Origin: an uncultured Bacilli bacterium
GTDB lineage: Bacteria; Bacillota_I; Bacilli_A; RF39; UBA660
Direction: 5' to 3'
DNA length: 64,000 bases
NCBI GenBank assembly: GCA_947630055.1
Contig: CANRGA010000003.1
Coordinates: forward strand, 1,050 to 65,049
A program made the position numbers and the translations under genes. Below the pieces are notes generated by a model, which was not told the DNA's origin, did not search any database, and saw nothing but the letters and a program-made list of their open reading frames with translations. Below, one piece after another: positions 30,801 through 40,872 of the stretch. Position 1 is the stretch's first letter. The number at the start of each line of letters is the position of its first letter.

Positions 30801-31554
30801 ACCTAAGTTTAAAGCAACAATTGCGGAAATTACTGGTAAAGTAATTAGTACTGAAGAACAAAATGGTAAATATTCTATCGTTATTGAAAATGCTTCTGGT
30901 GTTAAAGAACATATTACTAATTACAATATGAAATTACGTGTCGAAGTAGGAGATGAAGTACAAGCTGGTGATAAACTTACGGAAGGTGTTATTGCTCCGA
31001 AAGAGTTACTAGCAGTTACTGACCCACTTACAGCACAAGAATATATCTTAAAAGAAATTCAAAATGTTTATAAATTACAAGGTGTTGATATTAACGATAA
31101 ACACATTGAACTAATCGTTAAGAGAATGATTAATAAGGTAAGAATTATCGATGCTGGTGATACTGACTTTGTTGAAGGCTTAACTGTTTCTCTAAGAGAT
31201 TTTGCAGAAGGCAATAAACCAGTTATCCTAAATGGTGGAGTACCTGCTAAAGGTAACCCAATTATGCTTGGTATTACTAAATCATCTCTTGAAACAGATT
31301 CATTCTTATCTGCTGCTTCATTCCAAGAAACTACCAGAGTTTTAACTGATGCTGCTATGCGTGGTAAAGTTGATAACTTAGTTGGTTTAAAAGAAAATGT
31401 TATTATAGGTAAATTAATTCCAGCAGGTACTGGAGCTAGACAATATAGTGACATCGAACTTGAACTAGAAAAAGAGTTATTAGATGATGATGCTAGTGAA
31501 GTATTAGAAGAAAAATTCTTAGCAAATGGTGATGAAGAAGAAGCTACGGCTTAA
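27895..31554 (+). CDS. rpoC: DNA-directed RNA polymerase subunit beta'
   Basis: Zn-finger CSCGKYK...CDRCGVEV and the [12 protein letters not shown] catalytic loop. Confidence 0.97.
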   Translation: MIDVSKFKGIKISIASPEKIRSWSYGEVKKPETINYRTLKPERDGLFCEKIFGPTKDFECSCGKYKRLRYKNVVCDRCGVEVTRSKVRRERMGHIELAAPCSHIWFFKGVPSKMGLVLDMSPRDLEEVLYFVSYVVIDPGNVPLEEKQTLSDKEYRAYYEKYGNSFKVGMGAEAIQELLKRVDIDKEVENVRKELENATSQKRIRLVKRLDALVSFQESGNKPEWMVLTVLPVIPPELRPMIQLDGGRFATSDLNDLYRRIINRNNRLKKLLELGAPTIIVQNEKRMLQEAVDSLFDNGRRGRSITAASNRPLKSLSSMLKGKQGRFRQNLLGKRVDYSGRSVIVVGPNLKMYQCGLPKEMAIELFKPHVIHGLVERGLAHNIKGAKKLIEARDESVWDIVEDVITEYPVMLNRAPTLHRLGIQAFEPKLVGGKAIRLHPLVCTAFNADFDGDQMAVHVPLSEEAKAEARILMLGANNILNPKDGKPIVTPSQDMVLGNCYLTMEETGGNNEGKAYKNCNEALMAYERRDIDLHTRIAIPVKSFKHKLFTEEQQDKYLVTTVGKIKFNEILPDTFPYLNEGTKENIEGITPSKYFLPMGTNLEEEIKKMPLVGPFVQKTLGQIIAQVFKRYKTTETSVMLDKLKDQGFKYSTVAGITVSAADVVRSDAKEAIIEEAKKRVDKINKQYQKGLITESERYNGVIQIWSEATDQVKDALAEIAKDNFTNPIFMMMNSGARGKISNFTQLAGMRGLMAKPDGTTVEIPITSCFMEGLSVSEFFLSTHGSRKGSADTALRTADSGYLTRRLVDVAQDIIVKEHDCGSMQGVVVYDLINDKDGSVIESLEERILGRFASKKIVDPETKKTIVEAGEMINENAVAKILKAGIKKVEIRSVLTCKTVGGVCQKCYGRNLATGNLVETGEAVGIMAAQSIGEPGTQLTMRTFHTGGVAGGDDITQGLPRVEELFEARTPKFKATIAEITGKVISTEEQNGKYSIVIENASGVKEHITNYNMKLRVEVGDEVQAGDKLTEGVIAPKELLAVTDPLTAQEYILKEIQNVYKLQGVDINDKHIELIVKRMINKVRIIDAGDTDFVEGLTVSLRDFAEGNKPVILNGGVPAKGNPIMLGITKSSLETDSFLSAASFQETTRVLTDAAMRGKVDNLVGLKENVIIGKLIPAGTGARQYSDIELELEKELLDDDASEVLEEKFLANGDEEEATA

Positions 31555-31667
31555 AGATTATTAAAGACTTAAAAGAAATTTTAGGTCTTTTTTCAAAATA
31601 TTACTGACAAATGTATGTTCGCGGTAGTATAGTTAATTTACAATTAAACTAGATAGGGGGAATTGGT

Positions 31668-32549
31668 ATGAATAGTTTAACTGTAAATAACAAAAATATA
31701 ACCAATATGATTTATGAAATCAGAGGTAAACAAGTAATGTTGGATAGTGATTTAGCTATACTTTATGAATGCAAAAATGGTACTAAATCTATTAATTTGG
31801 CCGTAAAAAGAAATATTGATAAGTTTCCAGATAGGTATTATTTTCAATTAAATGAAGATGAATTGAGAATTCTAAGGTTTCAAAATGAAACCTTAGAATT
31901 AAAGCAGGGGCAATATTCTAAATATTTACCATATGCATTTACTGAACAAGGTGTGGCAATGTTGGCTACTGTATTAAGAACTAAAGTAGCATCTAAAGTA
32001 AGTTTAGCAATAATGGATGCATTTGTTATTATGCATAAATATATTTCTAATGAATTAATTGAGCAAAAATATATTAACAATTTAGTAATTAAACATGATG
32101 AAGATATCAAATTATTACAAGAATCATTTAATAAATTTGAAGAGAAAAGAAAAAGTAATGAAATATATTTTAATGGGCAGATATACGATGCATACTCTAA
32201 GATATTAGATATAATAAAAGAAGCAAAAAAAGAATTAATAATAGTAGATAATTATGCAGATAAAAGTATGTTAGATATGATAAGAAATGTTAATGTGAAT
32301 ACAACCATAATATGTAAAGAGAATTGTTTATTAAAAGAAATGGATATCGAGAAATATAACAAGCAATATAATAATTTAAAAGTAATATATAATAATACAT
32401 TTCATGATAGATATATTATAATAGATAACAAAGTAATATACCATTGTGGTACATCACTAAATCATATAGGTAGTAAAACATTTTCTATTAACAAATTGGA
32501 AGATAAAGAAGTAATAGAGGCTTTACTTAATAAAATAGAAGATATATAA
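31668..32549 (+). CDS. ORF6N (KilA-N-related) DNA-binding domain protein with C-terminal FHDRYIIID-type domain
   Basis: N-terminus IRGKQVMLDSDLAILYE...RYYFQLNEDE...LPYAFTEQGVAMLATVL is typical of the ORF6N domain. Confidence 0.65.
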   Translation: MNSLTVNNKNITNMIYEIRGKQVMLDSDLAILYECKNGTKSINLAVKRNIDKFPDRYYFQLNEDELRILRFQNETLELKQGQYSKYLPYAFTEQGVAMLATVLRTKVASKVSLAIMDAFVIMHKYISNELIEQKYINNLVIKHDEDIKLLQESFNKFEEKRKSNEIYFNGQIYDAYSKILDIIKEAKKELIIVDNYADKSMLDMIRNVNVNTTIICKENCLLKEMDIEKYNKQYNNLKVIYNNTFHDRYIIIDNKVIYHCGTSLNHIGSKTFSINKLEDKEVIEALLNKIEDI

Positions 32550-32698
32550 GATTATTAAGTTTATTCTTTAAATTATCAAAAGAAAAAAACTAAAGGACTT
32601 GAAGTTTGAGTAATTATGGTAGAATAAAAAATTACCACATTGTTTTATAGAAGAAGGACCATAATTATAATTTAGCATAAAATACTTTAGGTGATATT

Positions 32699-33775
32699 TT
32701 GAAAAATTATAAAGTGTGTGTTTATGCTATAGCTAGAAATGAAGAGAAATTTGTAAATCGATGGGTAGATTCTATTCTTGATGCAGATAAAATAATTGTA
32801 CTTGATACAGGTTCTACTGATAATACTGTAAATATTCTTAAAGAAAGAGGAGTAGAAGTTCATCAAAAAACCTTTAAGCCTTGGCGTTTTGATGTTGCTC
32901 GTAATGAATCATTAAAATTAATTCCTGACGATTATGATATTTGTATATGTTTAGATTTAGATGAGGTAATGGCTGATGGTTGGAAGAATATATTACTTTC
33001 TTCTTGGGATGAAGATACAACAAGAATAAAATACACATATAATTGGTCATTTGATGAATATGGGAATCCTGCTACTACATTTTTAGCCAATAAAATTCAT
33101 AGTAGGCATAATTATATTTGGACTCATCCAGTTCATGAAGTATTAACACCATTAGATTATGAAAAAGAAAAAATAGTTCCCGAAATAATTATTAATCATT
33201 ATCCTGATAAAACAAAGTCAAGAGCTAGTTATTTACCTCTTTTAGAATTAAGTGTAAAAGAAGATCCGGAAGATGATCGTAATATGCATTATTTAGGAAG
33301 AGAGTATATGTATTATAAAAAATGGGATGATGCTATTAGTACTTTAAAAAAACATTTAAAAATGAAAAATGCAACATGGCGTGATGAAAGAGCATCTTCA
33401 ATGCGTTTTATAGGAAGATGTTATAAAGCTAAAGGAGATATAGATAGTGCTGTTAAATGGTATTTGGATGCTATAAATGAAGCACCATATTTAAGAGAAG
33501 CATATGTAGAACTTGCATATATCTATTATGAATATGGTGACTATCCAACTAGTTATCATTATTTAAAGAAAGCATTAGATATAGAAAATAAAAGTAAAAC
33601 ATATATTAATGAAGAATTTGCCTGGAATGGGTTTATTTATGATTTATTTAGTATTTGTGCTTTTAATTTAGGTTATTATCATGAAGCTGTCGATAATGTT
33701 AAAAAAGCTTTAATGTTAGATAAAAATAATTTAAGATTACAAATGAATTTAGAAGAAATGGAAAAATACATTTAA
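32699..33775 (+). CDS. Glycosyltransferase family 2 domain fused to TPR repeats
   Basis: N-terminus VCVYAIARNEEKFV...LDTGSTDNT...DLDE (DxD-like). The C-terminal half has TPR-like repeats. TTG start after aggtga. Confidence 0.7.
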   Translation: MKNYKVCVYAIARNEEKFVNRWVDSILDADKIIVLDTGSTDNTVNILKERGVEVHQKTFKPWRFDVARNESLKLIPDDYDICICLDLDEVMADGWKNILLSSWDEDTTRIKYTYNWSFDEYGNPATTFLANKIHSRHNYIWTHPVHEVLTPLDYEKEKIVPEIIINHYPDKTKSRASYLPLLELSVKEDPEDDRNMHYLGREYMYYKKWDDAISTLKKHLKMKNATWRDERASSMRFIGRCYKAKGDIDSAVKWYLDAINEAPYLREAYVELAYIYYEYGDYPTSYHYLKKALDIENKSKTYINEEFAWNGFIYDLFSICAFNLGYYHEAVDNVKKALMLDKNNLRLQMNLEEMEKYI

Positions 33776-33786
33776 AAAAGTGATGA

Positions 33787-35367
33787 TTACTCATCACTTA
33801 ATAAAACAGCATGAATAACAAGTCTATTATGACCATTATTGGCACAAGTAGATAATGTTAATATTTTATCACTAGTAGATACTGGTGTATCAAAAGTATA
33901 AATACTACGATCAGTAATTAAATTTAAAAATTCTTGGAATTTTTTGTTATTACTAAAATCTGCTATTAAATAATCATTAGTATTAGGAATTACATAAATG
34001 GAAAATATTTTCCATTTTAATTTTTGATATAAAGTATCAAATTCGATAATTTGATTTTCAGGATCTTTATACCAATTAGCGCGTTTTGCTTTATATAAAG
34101 TACCAAACATAACACCACTATAATACATATTATGACCAAATATAATGGTATTTTGACTTAAATTTTTAGCATCAGCTCGATAATCCATAAATATCCAGCC
34201 ACTACTATCATTTTTTTTCTTAAAGTTTTTCTTTAAATAATAATCATTATCTTGCGCTTGAACTACAGGATAATCTACTTGCGTATTATTTACTTTTAAC
34301 CATCCAACAGTATCTTCATTTAATTGTAATAAGCCTTGCATATCATCAGTAATTACTAATTCTTCTTTTGGCATTTCTGGTATTGTTTCTTCTTCCTTTT
34401 GCTCTTCTTGCTTTTCCATAGAATTAGCCATTATTTTATTAATATCTTTTTTAATGTCATCTACTTTTTGCATAGAATTATAATTAGAATAGAAAACATA
34501 GAATACTAAAGAACTAATTAAAAATAAAGAAATAAATATACATAATTTAATAGTATTTAAATGAATTTGATTCATTAAATTATCTTGTAAATAATCTTTG
34601 CTATAATCTATAGCGAATTTTATATTATTACGACTATATTTTTTATTTGTCTTTTTTAAATATTCAATTAATTCTATATCATTAATATTTTCTTTTATAT
34701 ATATTTTAATATTTTTTAATTGATTATTATTAATTACTTCTAGTAAATTTTCTAAATCATTTTTATTTAATTTATTGACATATATGGTTTTTAAATATTT
34801 ATTAATACCTATAAATGAAAGAAAATCTTCTTCATCTTCTTTTGATAAAGGAAAATTTAAATATATAGTTGTTTTATAATATAGAGAAGAGAATTGTTGT
34901 AAATTATTTTCTTTCATGAAATTACTTAAGAAAAGAATTTCATTACGTGAGTCTATTTTTATTTTAGCTTTATCAAACATTTCTAAAAGAAAAGTAGGTA
35001 AATTATATAAAGATACATATTTAATATTATTACTTTTAATAATACTATTACAAATTTTATAAGTAAGAATAGATTCTTCTAATAAATGTAAATTAGTAAG
35101 TTTATCTATATCTTTTGTTATTTCTAATACTAAAGGTGCTATTTCTGATTCTTTAATTACTAAAGTATTAATATTATATGTATTTATTAATTCTTGAATA
35201 AAACTATGGAGTAGTTTAGTATTTTGAGCAATATATTCATCACTAAATAAAAGTTCATTTTGACTAATTACATTAGTGTTGATTAAAGCTTTTTGTTCAT
35301 TTTTTAATCTTTTTTTCTCTTGAACAAAGAGCATATTATCTTTAATTTGAAACAATATCTTTATCAT
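33787..35367 (-). CDS. srtB: Class B sortase with about 330-aa N-terminal extension
   Basis: C-terminal sortase domain (…QVDYPVVQAQDNDYYL…IIFGHNM…LTLSTC…RLVIHA). ATG at 35367 follows aggagtag. The longer track ORF would overlap the divergent gene. Confidence 0.75.
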   Translation of the reverse strand: MIKILFQIKDNMLFVQEKKRLKNEQKALINTNVISQNELLFSDEYIAQNTKLLHSFIQELINTYNINTLVIKESEIAPLVLEITKDIDKLTNLHLLEESILTYKICNSIIKSNNIKYVSLYNLPTFLLEMFDKAKIKIDSRNEILFLSNFMKENNLQQFSSLYYKTTIYLNFPLSKEDEEDFLSFIGINKYLKTIYVNKLNKNDLENLLEVINNNQLKNIKIYIKENINDIELIEYLKKTNKKYSRNNIKFAIDYSKDYLQDNLMNQIHLNTIKLCIFISLFLISSLVFYVFYSNYNSMQKVDDIKKDINKIMANSMEKQEEQKEEETIPEMPKEELVITDDMQGLLQLNEDTVGWLKVNNTQVDYPVVQAQDNDYYLKKNFKKKNDSSGWIFMDYRADAKNLSQNTIIFGHNMYYSGVMFGTLYKAKRANWYKDPENQIIEFDTLYQKLKWKIFSIYVIPNTNDYLIADFSNNKKFQEFLNLITDRSIYTFDTPVSTSDKILTLSTCANNGHNRLVIHAVLLSDE

Positions 35368-35494
35368 AACTTCTACTCCTATTATATATAATAACACAAT
35401 TTGACACATTTTAATAAAAAAATTGCAAAAAAATGTTGATTTTCGTATTTTTATGATATAATGAAGACATAATAGGAATAGGAGAGGATAGAAT

Positions 35495-36052
35495 ATGAAA
35501 AAAATATTTGGTTTAATGATGTTGTCATTAGTAGCATTACTACCATTAAGCACAAGAGCAGCAGTTAAAATTACCCCTAATTGTGGACAAGCTGATGCAA
35601 GCGGAGTTATTACTTGTACAGTAGCGTACAATATAACTGATGAGGAAGGAGTAGAAAGTATATCTTTAACTTTAACCGAAAAAGGTGGAGCTGAAGTTGT
35701 AGACGTTGTTGATGCAACTGGATCTGAATGGTCTGTTAGTTCAAAAAATGAAGATAATAATGTTTGGACTGTTATTTTAGCATCAATTGGTGTTACAGGT
35801 GAAGGTAATTTATTTACATTCTCTTATAGACCATCTGGAACTGAAGACTGTGAAGTAGCTATTACTTTAGATGGCCAACAAGTACCAGTTACTCCACCAA
35901 CAACACCAGAAACTCCAAGTGATCCAGATACACCAACTGATAATAAACAAACTGGGGCAACATTACCATATATTGCTTTAGGAGCTATTGCTGTTATTGC
36001 TACAGGTGCATATTTAGCTACAAGAAATAAAGCAAAAATGTATAAAATATAA
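35495..36052 (+). CDS. Cell-wall-anchored surface protein, putative sortase B substrate (NKQTG sorting signal)
   Basis: Signal peptide, Pro/Thr-rich stalk, then DNKQTG plus hydrophobic helix plus RNKAK tail. Divergently adjacent to srtB. Confidence 0.65.
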   Translation: MKKIFGLMMLSLVALLPLSTRAAVKITPNCGQADASGVITCTVAYNITDEEGVESISLTLTEKGGAEVVDVVDATGSEWSVSSKNEDNNVWTVILASIGVTGEGNLFTFSYRPSGTEDCEVAITLDGQQVPVTPPTTPETPSDPDTPTDNKQTGATLPYIALGAIAVIATGAYLATRNKAKMYKI

Positions 36053-36104
36053 TAAGTATTTAAATGCAGTCTTTAAAAAGGCTGTTTTTTTTATGCAAAA
36101 AATC

Positions 36105-36132
36105 TTGACTCTCGGGGGGGGTATTATATAAT
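36105..36132 (+). promoter_or_regulatory. Promoter with G8 homopolymer in the spacer (candidate phase-variable)
   Basis: TTGACT 36105-36110, 16-nt spacer containing G8 (36114-36121), TATAAT 36127-36132. Confidence 0.6.
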
Positions 36133-36184
36133 AATCTTATAAAATAAAGTGCAATGATACGACACATAAAGAGAGGATAAGATT

Positions 36185-37546
36185 ATGAAAAGAAAATATT
36201 TAAAAGGTTTAATAGTAATTGTAGGAATAATTATTGGAGGATTATTCATATATCAAGATATAAATAAAGAAAATAAACCATTACCAGAAGTAAAGTTAAA
36301 AGAAATTGTAAATAAAAATAAATCATTTGCTATAATGATTCAAGAGAATAGTGAAACTGATAAATATCAAGAATATAGTAGTAATACATGGCCTGGAGAT
36401 GATTATGTATTTAAAGAAGCTAAATGTATAGATAATAATGGTAATGAAATAAAAGAAGCAGTAACATATGAAAATGATAAAATAACCTTAACTACAAATA
36501 AGACAGTATATTGTACAGTATATTTTGACAAATCAATAATAGGAAAGTTAAGAGAAAATGAAGAATTGGCCAATAAAGATAATTTAAGTAAAGATTTACA
36601 AGGCGGAATGTATAGATATCAAGGAACAGATGATGTTCATAATTGGATATGCTTTGGAACAGAAGAAAATTGTGGAACAAATGATGATAATATAGATAAA
36701 TATATGTATAGAATAATAGGAATAACAAAAGAAGGGCAATTATATTTATTAAAAGAAACATTTTTAAAAGAAGGAAATATAAATAATTTTGCTTGGAATT
36801 CAAAACATACATTGCCAGACTGTCTAGGAGAAGCTTGTGAATGGCCAAATGTGAATTTATATAAGAGAATAAATGGAAAAAGTAATGGAGAAACACCAGG
36901 AAATAATAGTTATCCTGATTATAAAGGCGATACAAATGTCTTTTTAGGTACAAGTGAACATACAAGTCCGTATGAATACTTAACTGAAGGGAACGAATGG
37001 TTCAATTTAATAATATATCATGACTGGATGTATGGTGATACAAATATAAGTTCTTGGAGTAATTCAAATGCATATAATGGAGATTATATGTATGCTATAG
37101 AAACTGGAAATACATCAACAAAAAGAACTTGGCCATATGAAGATATTCAAACAACATGTAGTGATGATGGTCCATGTACAGAAAAAGATTATACATGGAG
37201 TAAAAGTGTACCAGCAAAAATAGGATTAATGTATATGCATGATGTAGATTATGCATATAAAGATGGAAACCCAAGAAATTATGCAAATGTGGCAAATAGT
37301 TGGATACATTTTCAAAAAGATGGATATAATTTATCTCCATCTTATGAGTGGTTAATCAGTCGTTTTGGCGTAGTTGATTCGAGTAGTACTTCTGTAAAAG
37401 TAATGGATGTTGGTTATAATGGTGCATTAACTACTGGAACTTTGAGTGGCTCAGCTGGTAGTCGTCCAACTTTTTATCTAACACCTAGTATAACTTTAAC
37501 TGGTGCTGGTACAAAAGAAAATCCATATATAATTCATTCTATATGA
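36185..37546 (+). CDS. Surface-protein paralog A (TM anchor, conserved N-module, variable C-terminal module ending ...RPTFYL...GTKENPYII)
   Basis: Paralogous to 40873 and 48384 over MYRYQGTD..NWICFGT...IDKYMYRIIG..KETFLKE...MY.HD..YAY.DG...EWL.SR.G...RP.FYL...GTKENP. Confidence 0.8.
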   Translation: MKRKYLKGLIVIVGIIIGGLFIYQDINKENKPLPEVKLKEIVNKNKSFAIMIQENSETDKYQEYSSNTWPGDDYVFKEAKCIDNNGNEIKEAVTYENDKITLTTNKTVYCTVYFDKSIIGKLRENEELANKDNLSKDLQGGMYRYQGTDDVHNWICFGTEENCGTNDDNIDKYMYRIIGITKEGQLYLLKETFLKEGNINNFAWNSKHTLPDCLGEACEWPNVNLYKRINGKSNGETPGNNSYPDYKGDTNVFLGTSEHTSPYEYLTEGNEWFNLIIYHDWMYGDTNISSWSNSNAYNGDYMYAIETGNTSTKRTWPYEDIQTTCSDDGPCTEKDYTWSKSVPAKIGLMYMHDVDYAYKDGNPRNYANVANSWIHFQKDGYNLSPSYEWLISRFGVVDSSSTSVKVMDVGYNGALTTGTLSGSAGSRPTFYLTPSITLTGAGTKENPYIIHSI

Positions 37547-37654
37547 AATAAAAAGTAAAAAACAGTAAAAAACTACGACTTTAGGTCAATGATTTTACTG
37601 TTTTTTACTTTACTATGGCTTTTTTTATGGTATAATTTTGGCTAGGTGGTAATT

Positions 37655-39139
37655 ATGCGTGAATTTACAGAACAAGAATTAGTAAGAAGAGAAAAGTGTG
37701 AAAATTTAAGAAATCTTGGAATGGATCCTTTTGGTCATAGTATTAATTTAACAAGTAATTCAAAAGAAATAAAAGATAAATATGAAAGCTTTACTAAAGA
37801 AGAACTAGAGAGTAGTAAAAACGAAGTTACTATTGCTGGTCGTATTATGAATAAAAGAAGAAGTGGTAAAGCTGGATTTATGGATATTCAAGATAAATTT
37901 GGTAATATTCAAATATATATCAGTATTAGTGATGTTGGGGAAGCTGAATATGAACTTTATAAGAATTGTGATTTAGGTGATATAATTGCTATTACTGGTT
38001 GGGTTTGTAAAACTAATACTGGTGCTTTAACAGTTCATGCAACTAAATACATTCATTTAGTAAAAGCTCTAAAACCACTTCCTGAAAAATTCCATGGCTT
38101 AACTGATATTGAAGAGAGATATAGAAGACGTTATGTTGATTTAATTATGAATGATAAAGCCAAAGAAATAGCTTTCATTCGTCCAAAAATAATTAGATGT
38201 ATTCAAAATTTTATGGATAATCGTGGTTTTGTGGAAGTAGAAACTCCTATTTTAACAACTCTTTTAACGGGAGCAGCAGCTCGTCCTTTTGCTACTCATC
38301 ACAATACTTTAGATTTAGATATGTATTTAAGAATAGCTCTAGAACTTCCTTTAAAAAGATTATTAGTAGGAGGTATGGAAGCTGTTTATGAAATAGGAAG
38401 AACTTTTAGAAATGAAGGAATGGACCCTAAACATAATCCAGAATTTACAATGATGGAAGCGTATCTTGCTTATTCTGATTTAGAAGATATGATGGATTTA
38501 ACTGAAGATATGTATCAAACTATTGCTAGAGATGTATTTGGTAAAATGACTTACAATTGGTGTGGTAATGAAATTCATTTAGATGGTAAATGGAAAAGAA
38601 TTAGTATGACTGATGCCATAAAAGAGAAAACTGGTATTGATTTTAAAAAAGAAATGAGTGTAGAAGAGGCATTAGATTTAGCTAAAGAGCACAATATACC
38701 TGTAGAAGAACATCAAAAATCAGTAGGACATATTATTAATTTATTCTTTGAAAAATATGTTGAAGAAACATTAATTGAACCAACATTTTTATATGGTCAT
38801 CCAATTGAGATTAGTCCATTAACTAAAAAAGATCCAGAGGATCCTCGATTTACGCAAAGATTTGAATTATTTATTGGTGGTAAAGAATTTGCCAATGCTT
38901 ATACAGAATTAAATGATCCAATTGATCAATTAGAAAGATTTGAAAGTCAACTTAAAGAAAGAGATTTAGGTAATGATGAGGCTAATGATATTGATATGGA
39001 CTTTATCGAAGCCTTAGAATATGGTATGCCTCCAGCTGGTGGTATAGGTTATGGTATAGATCGACTTGTAATGTTATTTACGGAAAGTGAATCTATTCGT
39101 GATGTTATATTATTCCCAACAATGAAGCCGAAAGATTAA
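37655..39139 (+). CDS. lysS: Lysine--tRNA ligase (class II)
   Basis: Class II motifs (…FRNEG…, …[12 protein letters not shown]…). ATG 37655 preferred over GTG 37646. Confidence 0.95.
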   Translation: MREFTEQELVRREKCENLRNLGMDPFGHSINLTSNSKEIKDKYESFTKEELESSKNEVTIAGRIMNKRRSGKAGFMDIQDKFGNIQIYISISDVGEAEYELYKNCDLGDIIAITGWVCKTNTGALTVHATKYIHLVKALKPLPEKFHGLTDIEERYRRRYVDLIMNDKAKEIAFIRPKIIRCIQNFMDNRGFVEVETPILTTLLTGAAARPFATHHNTLDLDMYLRIALELPLKRLLVGGMEAVYEIGRTFRNEGMDPKHNPEFTMMEAYLAYSDLEDMMDLTEDMYQTIARDVFGKMTYNWCGNEIHLDGKWKRISMTDAIKEKTGIDFKKEMSVEEALDLAKEHNIPVEEHQKSVGHIINLFFEKYVEETLIEPTFLYGHPIEISPLTKKDPEDPRFTQRFELFIGGKEFANAYTELNDPIDQLERFESQLKERDLGNDEANDIDMDFIEALEYGMPPAGGIGYGIDRLVMLFTESESIRDVILFPTMKPKD

Positions 39140-39208
39140 GAAAAAAAGCGAAAATGCTTTTTTTTTATTTTTTATAGTGATATAATTTTTTATAGGAGGA
39201 GGATAAAA

Positions 39209-40711
39209 ATGACAATAACACAAATTATTGGTCTAATAGTTGTATTGGGTTTAGCAATTTTCTGCGGATTTTTAATTGTTAAAAATAGCAAGAAAAATGA
39301 CTTAGTAAAATGGCTATTATTATTTATATTTGTAGCAATTGCCTTTACTTGGATTTTTGAATGTGGAACATATCAAAATACAGAATATTATAGTATAGGT
39401 ATGAACCAATTAGGTCTTACTAATATACCATATTTATTCTATAATGCTATTCAATTTACTACTGATAAGATTTGTTTCTTATTAGCTTTAGGAGCATTTT
39501 ATGGTGTATTAAGTAAATGCGAAAGTTATAAAAAATTAGTAAGTAATTTAGCTAGTAAATTAAAAGGAAAGGAAATAATTACTGTATTAGTAACTTCATT
39601 ATTATTTACAGTACTTGCCAGCATCTTAAATCAAACTTTCATTGCTTTAACTTTTGTACCATTTGTAATTTCAGTACTACTTGCAATGAAGTTAGATAAA
39701 ATAACAGCATTTAGTGCTACATTTGGTTCTATATTGCTTGGTTTAATTGGTGCAACTTATGGTGGTGAATCAGTATTATTCTTTAATCAATTTTTAGGAA
39801 CTGCTGTTACAACTGCGATATTATATCGTTTAATTGTTTTAGTAGTTGGCTTTATTCTTTATAACTTCTTTACCATTTTACATGTTAAAAAAGTTATTAA
39901 AGATAAGAAAGTTAATGATTTAGAAGATGATCCATTTAAAGTTGAAAAGGTTGATAAAAAAGTTAAAGCATGGCCTGTTGTAGTAATGTTAGTTATCTTA
40001 TTTGTCTTCTTAACATTAAGTTACATATCTTGGGAAGATAACTTTGGTATTACAATATTTAATAGTTTCCATACTTGGCTTACTGAATTACACATTGGAG
40101 ATGTTTATCCATTCCAATTAATTTTAGGTTCATTTGCTGGGGCTTTTGGAACATATACTGATTTAGTATTAAATTCAACTGGTTTATTTAATGCCGTTGC
40201 CGTAATTTTAATTATCACAATATTAATTAGTTTAATATCTCGTGTTAAATTTAATGATTTTATTACTGGTGTTGGCGAAGGTTGTAAAAAAATGATTTTA
40301 CCAGTTGCGTTATTTGTTGGATCATATTTCTTAATGTCTATTACTTATAGTAATCCATATGTTCCAGCTATTAACAATATGATGTTTAAAAACATTACAA
40401 CATTTAACCCATTCTTAACATCACTTTCAGCTATTATTTCCAATGTATTTAGTCAATATTTTGCCTTAGTAGCAATTACTGTTGGTCAATTCTTTGTTGG
40501 TACTTATGCTAGTAGTGTTAATATTATTCATACAATATTTACTACTATGTATGGTTTTACAACAATGGTACTTCCAACTAGTGGATTACTTCTAATTGGT
40601 TTATCTTATTTAAATATTGAATATAAATCATGGGTTAAATATATTTGGATATTTGCTGTAGCAATGTTAGTTATCTTACTAGTGTTATTTACAGTAATGA
40701 CTTATATTTAA
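39209..40711 (+). CDS. Polytopic membrane transporter, YfcC/DcuC-superfamily-like (tentative)
   Basis: About 12 hydrophobic segments. The N-terminal pattern resembles YfcC-type carriers; the family call is weak. Confidence 0.45.
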   Translation: MTITQIIGLIVVLGLAIFCGFLIVKNSKKNDLVKWLLLFIFVAIAFTWIFECGTYQNTEYYSIGMNQLGLTNIPYLFYNAIQFTTDKICFLLALGAFYGVLSKCESYKKLVSNLASKLKGKEIITVLVTSLLFTVLASILNQTFIALTFVPFVISVLLAMKLDKITAFSATFGSILLGLIGATYGGESVLFFNQFLGTAVTTAILYRLIVLVVGFILYNFFTILHVKKVIKDKKVNDLEDDPFKVEKVDKKVKAWPVVVMLVILFVFLTLSYISWEDNFGITIFNSFHTWLTELHIGDVYPFQLILGSFAGAFGTYTDLVLNSTGLFNAVAVILIITILISLISRVKFNDFITGVGEGCKKMILPVALFVGSYFLMSITYSNPYVPAINNMMFKNITTFNPFLTSLSAIISNVFSQYFALVAITVGQFFVGTYASSVNIIHTIFTTMYGFTTMVLPTSGLLLIGLSYLNIEYKSWVKYIWIFAVAMLVILLVLFTVMTYI

Positions 40712-40872
40712 TAAATAATTAATAATTTAATAAGAAGTTGCTAAAACAGCAACTTCTTTTTCTATGTAAACTTTACAACATATCTATTGAACTGATGAAC
40801 ATAAGTGTTGTATAATAAATATATACATAAATACGATATCATTAGGGAAATATAATAAAAGGAGAAGTTTAT

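Noticed and set aside
27108-31454. Small ORFs on either strand inside rpoB/rpoC (27108-27314, 27999-28205, 30644-30844, 31068-31454)
   Set aside because: They are embedded in unambiguous, highly conserved rpoB/rpoC reading frames.
32611-32671. 10-11-nt inverted repeat (taattatggt ... accataatta) upstream of the glycosyltransferase gene as a regulatory element
   Set aside because: It is a short AT-rich palindrome in an AT-rich intergenic region, with no supporting promoter or terminator context. The evidence is insufficient to call it.
33787-35631. Full 614-aa version of the sortase ORF
   Set aside because: The first 88 codons would overlap the promoter and start of the divergent substrate gene and lack an RBS. 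ATG 35367 has aggagtag upstream.
36492-37340. Antisense ORFs (157 aa and 81 aa) within paralog A. Similar ones occur in paralog B (41151-42106) and paralog C (48691-49409).
   Set aside because: They are Leu/Tyr/His/Phe-rich translations of the reverse strand of AT-rich coding DNA. They have no RBS and overlap well-supported sense genes with clear paralogy.
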